A stretch of 38,433 nt of DNA from Phoronis australis (taxonomy: Eukaryota; Animalia; Phoronida). Below, piece after piece: positions 1 to 10,500 of this stretch. The position numbers and the translations under genes were made by a program. Within the stretch, counting starts at the first letter, position 1. The number at the start of each line of letters is the position of its first letter. Under the pieces are notes generated by a model. It saw only the letters and a program-made list of their open reading frames with translations. It did not search any database and had not been told where the DNA came from. The stretch lies in NCBI GenBank assembly GCA_002633005.1, contig NMRA01000145.1:811200-849632 (forward strand). Reading direction: 5' to 3'.

Positions 1-494
1 GGGGGGGGCCGGGCCAGGGCAGACATTCGCACCGAGCTACCAAATGGAATCTGGGAGAATTTTATTGGGAATCATTGCCTCCTTGCCCCCTCCCCCCTAA
101 ATCCGCGACTGCTTACTTAAACTTTATGAAACTGGACCAATTAATGGGCTTTTTTGCACAATTGCCAGAGTCAGAGAAATGAGTTGTTGTGTCACGTGAC
201 CATCACGACTGAGGAGATGCTTATAAAATTAGGTAACCTCGCGTAGCAAGGCGTCAGGGAGTGTTTGAAACGTAGAATTATCGCGGAGGAAAATGCCAGC
301 GTAAAAGACAAGACGACATTTAGAACTGGCTCGGAGAGAATTAAGCAATAAAATCTCAGTGTACTCGGATAAGATGTGTGTTCAAATTTCAAAGTAGAAC
401 AGAAACTTTTTTTTTAGAGTTTTCTATGCTGCGCTACATCCGAAAACCGGCGAGACAGCTAACAAGCGTTCTCTCAAACAATGGCATTTCTAAA

Positions 495-810
495 AATAAC
501 TCACGGCCTTAGTTTAATGTTTGAGTATCACCTACAATCCTCTGTTAATCCTACGGATAACGAAGGGCAATATTTTAACGCACACAAATCGTCTCCCGAG
601 TTCAAAATAACGCCAAAGTCAGAACCTCCCGGATTACACCTCGACACTCGAATCTAGCTGTATTTACCCACAATGCCGTAAACATTCGTCGGGCACATTT
701 GCTCTCTCGTTTTCGAGCCACTGGAGTTTCACATGTTATTTGTTGTTGTCTGATTCTGAACAAGTTTTTCTCGGTTGCACTACTCTACTCGTTCTTCCTA
801 TGGTAACGTG
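495..810. promoter_or_regulatory. Possible promoter and first non-coding exon of a neighbouring gene
   Basis: CpG-containing region, ZNF143/Staf-like TTTACCCACAATGC (663-676), minus-strand donor-like GCC|gtgagt at ~504. Confidence 0.3.
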
Positions 811-2844
811 TTGTGTTTAGGGCTGCAACACCGGCGTGAAAGTTTTATAAACTGGACAAATACCCGTGGATGCGTGATCTAAAATTCTTTGCCTTCCCGA
901 CATTAATGAGAGACGCGAGAATGTGCCTGATTTAAAAAACTAGATCACGTACATTCTTATTTCCATAATAACGGCGAATAAAAGTCATATATAATGCATT
1001 CAAACATCTGATCCTGTTGAGTGACAATATCTGACGAGTGCAGTTTTCAAATGCATATTTTATGCTACTGTTACTGAGTGCCGAAGAGTGTCTGTTTGCG
1101 TTCTTTCCTGGAACAGTGACGAAAAAATGCATGGAAAACTATGCCTCGAAATTGTTGTTCTCAATGCAGAGTAAAGAATCGTTATCTGATAAATTCATGC
1201 AAGGTTGGTTACATTTAATTCAACCGACATCACAACTGTCGCGTTTCAGATTACACTCTTTCTAGGAATCGTCATTAAAAATGCATGAAAACTGTGTAGG
1301 GTAAAGGGCTTTACAAGAATATTTTATGAATTTGAAAACTATCTTTTATTAACACAAAAAATAAACACAAAGAGGTAATCACAAAACAAACCCTGAGGAG
1401 AAATCAAAGTACACTTTCTGCCAATACAATTACTTTCACCATTGACCCTGACAATAGGTAAAACTGTTTGGAAAAATCCTTTATACTAAAACTATGCAAT
1501 GACTGTCAATGCCAAAAAGTAACAAGACTGCAAAACAGTAATAAGGGTACAAAACCTCGGCAACAGCTTTCTAAAAAGGATAACATTTAGTATTATGGAA
1601 TCTATCTCCGCATGTTCCTCATTACTAGGTTCACTGTGGATAACTGACATTTTTCATTGCTTGGAGCCACACTTATAGGGGACAAAAAAGTAACACTGAA
1701 CTAAGTTCTAATAAACATAGATTTAACCAAGTCACGCACACCACCAATTAGGTCAAACTGATATGAAAACTTCAGATTTGTAACTGTTGGTGACTAACCT
1801 TCCTGTTGAACAACTCAGTGAAGGCCATTCGATCCACTGTTTTATCATGTCTAATTAAATCGAAACAAAGTATTTCAGCCCAAACATGAACCTAAGGAGT
1901 GGTTTTCAAAGACGTCACCGCGTGTGGCTTTAATCTTTAATTAAATAATAGAAAAGTCATTAATTCTACCAAATTCATAACAAAATCAGTCTGCCATAAA
2001 AATTCTGCAGTTTGGGACAGTCTCCAAGATTTTTAAATCTTGTCTTAAAAGACACCAAATTTTAAGCCAAATTTGAATTTTCTTGATTCTGAAGAGTGGA
2101 ACAAGAGTGATTTTAGCTTTCATCAAATTTCTCGAATATCACACACAGCACCTAAAAATAGACTTGGAAGTTCATAAAATCATAGGCAATGGGTACAGTC
2201 GCAACATTTTCATCCGCCCTCATAATGTGTAACATCAAAGCGAACGTTCGCTTGTCTTTTTGACCATAATTCTTGAACTTGGGAGGGCCCATATTGTCTA
2301 TTTCTAAAACTTCGTAAAAGTTTCAACATAGAGGAAATTTTTTTTGTTCACTATCACAAACTGGAGAATTTTTACAGGTAGTTGTTGAAAGAAAACAAAA
2401 TGACTGAATGGGGAGTGTGGTAATCTGCTTGGCAATAGTGGTATATAACCTGCTCGCATTTTAAGAACCAGTTTGATGGCTGTTATTCAGCAGAGAAAAC
2501 CATTCCGCTTTTTGGTGTTTAGCATACCTAAAATTTTACATCACATTATTGACTATAGACCATTCTCCTTTACACACCAACAATGTGAAAGTTTTGGCAA
2601 TGCTACATAGTGATAAATCATGAGATCAAGTAACCTGATTAAAATACATAGAGTTTTTTCAATAAGATACATTTAAAATGTTGATTAACATTTTCGCTTT
2701 TGAGACGAAAATAGCCTTTGCACAAAGAATACCTAATATAACTCTAATAAAGCATGTTATACACAATAGTAGCGCTGAATGGCAGATACAACCGTGTAAT
2801 AACCCAATTAGTTATCTCACAAGTGAGATATCATTTTGGCGGAA

Positions 2845-2913
2845 ACCGAGGCCGGGTTCGAACTCGAGCCTCAAGAGTTTCGAGTCGCCGACTTTACCAC
2901 TACACCACTCAGC
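2845..2913 (-). pseudogene. tRNA-like sequence (pseudo-tRNA or SINE head) embedded in a repeat
   Basis: A box TGGTGTAGTGG, B box AGTTCGAACCC, partial acceptor stem GCTGAG/CTCGGT. The anticodon stem does not pair. Confidence 0.6.
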
Positions 2914-4540
2914 GGCTGACGTCATCCACGTGAAAATAGAATACTTAAATGAGCACGCGCAACAATCGCATGTTCAGCAAAGTACATTGTAGCGACATTT
3001 ATACGCTATGAAAAAAGATGCATAATTTCCATAAAAACTATATCTTAATTCAGTGAAATTTTTCTCTCGTGTTCTCTCACTTGTAAATCACCGATCTCCA
3101 ATTTCAATTTGAATGCAGGTATGGTGTCGTCAAGATCCTTTGACTTGAGCATTATTTTGAATGATTTATTTAGACATACACTCCGAAACCCTATAGTCGT
3201 CCGCCTAAGCATAAAACCGGCTTGTTGTCTTACTCACCCAATTATTCCACTTCAAAGTTATGATTTGAATAGGACTTGATTTAACTCTCACAAATATATA
3301 GTATTCGTTTATTCAAACGTTTTCTTTTACTTAAGCCGAGTTGTTCAACTGTGCATTGCTTTTCGGCAGCCATTTTATAATGACACCTATGGTCGTCATG
3401 TGCTGCCGCCTTTTGAAAGGACAGAAAACCACACAGAAAAAGGCCAAGAAAATAGTGGAAAGTGGTTTACAGCAACTCTACTTCAACCACAAACTGTTTT
3501 ACTGGTATGATATCGATTTTTAAATCGATTAAAATTGATTTAGAATTTCAGTTCTGGAAAATAAATCACAATTGTTTTATTCCAGGCAGACCTTACTTAT
3601 TTTGTATTTGTGACCTCTTTATTTGACTTTTTGCTCTTGTTGTTCTTAACATCACTTATCTCTGCTGTCCTTCTTTTTCTTTTCAGTTTCTCTTCATTCT
3701 CTGTTAACACCTTGTCAGCCAAAACAGAACTGTAAGCCTTTGAGACTTGGTAGGCGGAAGTTGATCATTGAACCTCGATACAATTGTTCTAATAAATTAC
3801 CCATAATTGTATTGTTTGATTTTTTCTCATCTTTAACAGGCTTCTGCATTCATAAATAAATAAATAAATACCCAAGTTGCATTTGAATTTTATTGCTCAA
3901 TCTCTTCTTTTATTTTTGATTATGTCATGCTGTGTTGTATGTAACAAATGCAATATAGTGAAATAAAGTCAATGTTTTACTTTATTGGTGGCCATTCTCT
4001 ATCAATTCAAGTATTTTAATTTTCTTCAAATAAATTCAAAATGCTTTAACCAAAATTTTCAACATAAATGTTGAGTTCAGTACTGTATTTTGCAATAAAA
4101 AAACAAGTGAACAATATTTTGATGACCAAGGCGTGGGCCGAAACTGTTAAGCACCCAGCGTGTTCCATTTGTCTGCTGCGTTTTTCCTTTGGCCTAACAG
4201 ATGTCGGTTAGTGCCTGGGACAAATAGATACATTGCATAAACAATCCCTGGGTTGCTTTTTGTTCCGTCTGAAGAAAATTTAATTTCGAAAATATCTTCT
4301 GAAAATGAACAAAAAAGTGCATTAGTAAAATCAACAAGTTTTTAAGTGGTCTCAAAAAAACAGTCGGTAAATGCATTAATTTTAGTCTCAGTTCTTCCAC
4401 GCGTGTTTCTCCCGAGAGGTTAGTACCTAACGTGCAGACGAGCGTTCCAAATTGGAACGCTAAGTCCCGCGTGGCAGCGCTGCACGCGAAACAAGATGGC
4501 GGACGACCTTTGGAGACTGACGACGAGAGGTAATCGGACT

Positions 4541-5335
4541 ATATACACATGGCCATAGGCCCCAAGTATATCATGTACAAGACAGAAGTGCCACGTTTCA
4601 AACTGGATAATACATTACGACTCTTGAGAGAGTGATGGACGAATTTAATAAGAAGGCTATGGGGAGTGCTCATGAGAGAATCAAATTTAGATGTCGTGGG
4701 AGAATGACAAAAACGAAGGTCTTGGTAGGTACCACGAACTAACACAACATGATGTTCATCCTCTACACACCCGGAAGTGAATTACATAACTCACACAACC
4801 TGTTTTCATAGGGAATATTTGTGTGGCGACCTCTTTCCACTAGTAAGGAATGATTTGAACATCGCAATCGAGTCCGAGACTGGATAAAAACACGTGGGAT
4901 ACCAACCACTTCTAGACAATTCTCAAGATCATACATTGTTTTGTACCTCACATAGCCTAAAGTAAGGCGACTTTGCGTTACATTCGATATCAGATTGCCA
5001 ACCTCGCAAATAACAGTCGTTGACACGTTGAGAAAAACCAGTCAAGAACTACGCTTGATTTACCACACCCTGATTAATCCATACATCTGAAACACCATAC
5101 ACAGACAGAAGTTTCCTTACAAAACTTGCCAAATTATAGGAAGATCTTCCGATCAGGTCTGACTGAAAAAGCATATCATATGTAGCTTTCACCCCACGAT
5201 TATTTGTCATCTCCAGTATTTTGAACCAGTATTTTATACAAGAAACAAAATATTTAGTAGACAATGGAAATCGACCACATCCATTCAAATTATACTCAGT
5301 TACTATTGGTAACCTACTTTGGCAGACGATATTTT
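4541..5335 (-). mobile_element. 5'-truncated, frameshifted non-LTR retrotransposon (RTE-X-like) 3' end
   Basis: GRFPL...CIKYWFKILEM; LRCSNHSLLVERGRH...RLCELCN..EDEHH...YQDLR, the C-terminal zinc-knuckle region of LINE ORF2, spread over three frames. Confidence 0.85.
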
Positions 5336-5458
5336 CCAAGCTTAGCGTGATAAAATGTGTAGTAAACTATAATAGCTGCTAAACCTTAATTTATGGATTC
5401 ACTTTATTTCTATTTTGTTTAAGTTTTCAATTGGTTTTGAGTAAAAGCATTATTTGAC

Positions 5459-6704
5459 AACAAGAGCAACGCAGAGCCTTGAAATGCACCCACGAATGCA
5501 TTGAAATGGTGTGCTTTTAGGGTTATTTATTTGTATCATAAAAATGGCCACTAGATGGCGCAAAAACATACAATCCATCCAAAAACAGGAACATGCCATA
5601 TTTCATAAAAATCTGTCAAGGAACTTCAGAGAAACAAAGGAAAACAGAATAAAATGAAATCGCCACTAGTGGGCACAGTCTCCGTTGGATCCGCCTGAAA
5701 GTCATCGTCGTCTGTTGTTATCTTCATATAAATACACTTACTAAATTTAGTAAAGATCCTGCAGTGGGTTTAAGAGATACAACTATGGGTGCTAAACAAA
5801 ACTACCACTAGGAGGTGCCACAGTAGTCAGTCACCATCATCAAAGGTCGTCTTCAGACTGAGTATGCCAATTTTCAAATGATTTGGTTGATACAGGGATG
5901 GACACCAAAAACAAGATTTGAAAACAGCAAAAATGGCCACTAGGTGGTGCAAAATACCTCGATTCCATCCAAAAACAGGAAGATAACGTCATCACACTAA
6001 TAGATGCCTATATTTAAAATTTTATGAAAATCTGTTACGGACCTTTGAAGATAATGAGTTAAACGTAAAAAACTAAAATTGCCACTAGGGGGCACAGCAG
6101 TAGTCAGATCTGTCCGAAAGTCGTCGTCATCTATAGTCAACATCATATAAATACACTTGCTAAATTAAGTAAAGATCCTGCGAAGGGTTTAGCAGATACA
6201 GCCATAGGCGCAACAAAAACGAAACTGCCACTAGGAGGCGCCACAGTAGTTGAAATCGGAAAATCATCGTCAACCATCCTCTTTATAGTAAGCACATACA
6301 TGCCAATTTTCACAATCATCCATTGAGCGGTTTGGTTGATAGAGGGGTGGACGCAAAAAAAACAGACTCAAAAACAGTAAAAATGGCCACCAGGTGGCGC
6401 AAACTACGTCAAATCCATCCGAAACCTCACTAATAGGTGCCTATATACCAAATTTTATAAAAATCCCTTCAGGACATTTGAAGAAACAGAGGTAAATGTA
6501 AAAAAACTAAAATTTCCACTAGGGGGCACACCGGTAGTCAGATCCGTCCAAAAGTTCGCTCATGCCGTCCCATTCATGGAAGGAACACATGTGCACAATT
6601 TCATGACCATACGTCAAGGCGTTTTGGAGATACAGCAGCGGACGCGGGACGGACGGAGATGACGACATAATGCGTCCACATATAAATATGTGGGCGCATA
6701 AAAA
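5459..6704 (-). mobile_element. Non-autonomous Helentron/HINE (DINE-1/pearl-like) element, copy A, with internal tandem repeats
   Basis: Minus-strand start TTTTTATGCGCCCAC...GTGGACGCAT stem-loop, then (GTCC)n-like microsatellite, internal A-B-C-A-B-C-A-B repeat units, subterminal GTGGGTGCAT and a 3' hairpin ending CTCTTGTT. Colinear with 31070-32340. Confidence 0.8.
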
Positions 6705-7356
6705 CCCAGCACGATTACATCAACAGAAATGATTCCACACAATGTTTGCCAACTTAAATTGCATTTCCAGCTATAGTCACTTCTCAATTTTGAGAACAAG
6801 TTTGACACCTATTATTCAGTGGTTTTCAGAATGCGGACCCGTGTGACCAACTATTACCGCATTTTAAAGATGTCTGAAAAATCAAAACCAAAATCGAAAC
6901 AAGATCTCAAAATTTTCCTTGCCTGGACAACTTTAGCCATGTTGTTTTAAAGAACAGTAGAGAGACACTGCTGTTGAGTTATACTAAGGAACATTCGGAG
7001 CATGAACGAGTAAAAAAGGCATCAGAAAAAATTAAGACAGGACAGCTCTGCCTAATTTGACCATTCCAACTCAGTTCCAGGTCATCTTTTACTAGGACAA
7101 TCCTGGATTACGCAGCGACACTTGAATTTATAAGCATACCTGCAAAACTGTTCACTTTTACATGGGTGATTTTTTGTGGTTTTGCTTTTCAAAGAGTTTT
7201 GCATCTGTGACATACAAACCAGATTTAATCAATAAAAGGAAGGAGCTTTTGATTATCTGATCTGTACTTTTAGCCCCAAAACCTCACATTTCTAGCACAT
7301 TTTAAAAATATTATCCTTTTGTGGTTGCCTCTTTACTGACACAATTCAAACTCTCA

Positions 7357-7530
7357 TCACATCGTAGATGTGTACTCCTGTATCACGTATTTCAGCTTGG
7401 TTTCTGCCTTGAGCACATCTTCAAAGCTTACGTCAATATGCGTTACCATTCGAGCCATACGTGCTGACCCAAATGGCAACATTTTGATGATAACGTTCTC
7501 ACCCAGGGAGTCGTACTCGTCGTCAGTCAC
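7357..7530 (-). CDS. THA1: THA1 last coding exon ([12 protein letters not shown]...[10 protein letters not shown]...EYTSTM*)
   Basis: tcatag acceptor, R.VTH.DV motif, TGA stop at 7359-7357. Confidence 0.93.
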   Translation of the reverse strand: MTDDEYDSLGENVIIKMLPFGSARMARMVTHIDVSFEDVLKAETKLKYVIQEYTSTM

Positions 7531-10500
7531 CTATGAATTAGAATTTTGTATTTCACTGAAATTGGATGCAACACAGGTGGTATGGCAAAAGTCACTTTTA
7601 AGGGTCCTGGATTTTGAGAACAGGCTTGGTACCTGTTTTCCTGTGGCGGAAACTGATTCTCAAAATGCAGTAAGCTTAAAATAGTGTTTAGGATGCAAGG
7701 CCAGGCCCATTACACTATCACCTGATTATGACTCATGTGGACACGATATCATCGGTTTCCTCTTGGGTAAAATCTTCCAATCTGCCTGTATGTTTCAGAA
7801 AGATAGAAAGACTATTACTTTAGTTTAGTTTAGTATTTCCTTTTTCCTAAAGGAGACTGGCAGACTTGAAAACTTTCTTCACGAGGAGCCATAATTGGGG
7901 TCTTGTACTTTTGCTCAGGTGTTTTGTGCAATGGGCCCAACCATGAGGCCTGCGCACGTCTGATGCACCGCAAATGACATCAGACCACCTGCACTGTTTT
8001 TTTTTTTTGTTTTTTTTTTAGTATATTTTCAACATTTAAGGCCTTGGTCAACATATTACACAAAATTTACAGGATAACGCAGAGCAGCTTTTCCCTGAGG
8101 GCAGTGGCATGAAATACAAATTAGATTAATCTGAGCTCCGACATTTTCATAAGCTTTACAAATGTAATATGTTTATTTGGTTCACTCCAGCACCACTCAG
8201 GTACAAATGCAAAAAGCGTATGAACCTGTATGAACTAACAATGTCAACCTGGCGGGTTATGTGTCCATCAAGTAGCAGATTACGGTGTCTACTGTAGGCA
8301 GGGCAAATCTCTACCAGATGTTGAGGAGTCTTGGCCTCCAAGCCACAGTTGGGACACAATAACCATGCCATGTGGCCTGTGTTGTGTACCTAGTCACACA
8401 ATAACAGGATGTTTGTAGGTTGGTATTGTTTATGAGTTCAGTAGTTTAATTGGTATTATGTCATGCGATTCCTGGTATGGGAAGCGTGTCATAGGTAACG
8501 CATCATATGTTGTTACGTAGTTGTGTGTATATATATTGTTGTGATATGTGGAATAAAACAGTTCAGTGTTCAGTTCAATTCTGTTCATTTCACTGCGTAG
8601 TTCATGGAGTGTCTACTTTATTTGACAAAGTAAGATACACAACAGCCTGTGATGTTACGGTGCCGAGCTAGGTTGCAGTGTCCAGTAATAACCTGGATCA
8701 GCTACTTACCTCTTGCATTCGCTTGCAGAAGGCTGATGAGTCCACCACATCAGTCCGATGAAAATGTATGATAATGATATTCGTATGAACATCTTCAACT
8801 GTCATGAGATGAGGATCCGCAGACATTACAGCTGAAATTGATGAAGGTACATTCAAATGGGATGCCAGGAATAGTATCTATAAAAAGACCTCATGTCACC
8901 GCTGAGGTTCACCGAGAGATTACTGTCTGGGGCAGTCATCTACGAGCTACTGATAATAAATGAGTTCAAATAGTAATTGTCGCAGCTTTTGAGTTTTGTC
9001 CGGTTGTTCAGCAACTAGTACTTTTAGACTGATTTTAGTTAATTTTAAATTTAAAACAAAATAATACATAAGACGAACTTAACTCACATGCATTTTAAAA
9101 AGTTTTTTGCATAATAACTGTACGCGCCTGAATTCCAATTTAAGCGCCGACTCATATATGGAACAGTGTTGCCTCTTTGAAATAACATATTACTGCGACA
9201 CAAATTTAACTGAGTTTTATCTATGCATTGTACGACTAGAAAGGCCATCATAAACGACAACGAATGAAGTCTACGGGGGCATTTACACATGATCCTTGAC
9301 AAGGGGTAAACTCACACTGACAGACAGCTGTACAACATAAATTGGATTTGGAACAACAACGACAACGAATGAAGTCTACGGGGGCATTTACACATGATCC
9401 TTGACAAGGGGTAAACTCACACTGACAGACAGCTGTACAACATAAACTGGATTTGGAACAATACTAAATGACACTCTAGCCACTACCTCTCAACAGACAG
9501 GACCTGGTGCTGGATCAAGATGATCAGGTTTCTCTTGCCCTGCCTTGAGGAGATGGGGAAGATGGTCACAGAGATGTCAAGCTGTGCCAGGTCGACTTTC
9601 GTTCATAACGTCATTTGTGCCTAGAGAAATTTTCACCCAGTCTCTGACAACTGCCTCTCTGCATATAACTCTTGATGAGTACATCAGTATGCAAACTAAA
9701 GCTTACCATTGGCCAGTCGTTTAGCTTTTTCGTGGTCATCTTTCAGTTTTGGAATGTGGTGTTCAAGGGCGTACAATGCTGCCGAAGCCAGTATACCCAC
9801 CTGTCGCATGCCTCCACCAACGACTTTACGGCAGCGTTTGGCGCTAGCAAGCAGAGCGAAGAGATAGAGTATGTTAAGCCCAGGATAGACAACTGCCAGA
9901 GTATTACTGTACAGATGGTTGAAACTTGTACCACTATATACAAGGAAAACTAAAAATGGGTGTAGAGCAGTAAAATTATTCAATTAGGAAAAAAATATTG
10001 ATTGCCAAATTGGTATTTTTTCAAATTCTCAAAAGGTTGCACTGAGCATCACTGCGAATGCTCAAAATTGTCAAATATTTGTTTGATGACGGCTGCAAAC
10101 CATGATAAAAAATTCTGTATAAAATTATTCTTTTTGATTTTTTACAGTTAACAAATGAGAAAGGAGCATTCAAAATACATTTATACATAAAATCATTCCG
10201 TAATGTTTAACAGCAGTAACCTTCTCATTGAACATTTTTGGCGATTTCCAAGACAAAAATATGGCAACAAAGAGAAGGCAACTATCACCGTTTAACCAGA
10301 TTTGAAGCAAAAGTCACAGGCAGTAAGGAAATCATAGAAACATGCAATAGGTACCAAGTAATGAAGAAACCAGAAGAGAACTAAATTTTACATTAGTCAA
10401 CCAACACTTTTAACAAATTCTAGAATTAGTGAATAGCAAATGTACTCAGAGAGAGAGAACTGAGAGAGAGAACTGATCACCATGAACATTTAACATTGAA

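Noticed and set aside
1-111. G/C-rich start as CpG island or G-quadruplex regulatory site
   Set aside because: The ending CCCCCCTAAATCCGCGACTG looks like the terminus of a dispersed MITE cut by the window edge and cannot be resolved here.
2845-2913. Functional tRNA-Ser(CGA)
   Set aside because: Anticodon and D stems do not pair and there is no long variable arm.
4491-4535. Plus-strand gene start CAAGATGGCGG (MADDLWRLTTR|gtaatc, YY1-like)
   Set aside because: No downstream exons were found, it abuts a LINE fragment, and such motifs are common in DNA-transposon termini.
5540-6560. CRISPR-like array (regularly spaced CCACTAG motif)
   Set aside because: The sequences between motifs are homologous to each other, units are 115-160 bp, there are no cas genes and the context is eukaryotic.
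7354-7359. Tandem TGA TGA as selenocysteine or readthrough
   Set aside because: The protein is already complete relative to the family, a TAA follows within 7 codons, and no SECIS is evident.
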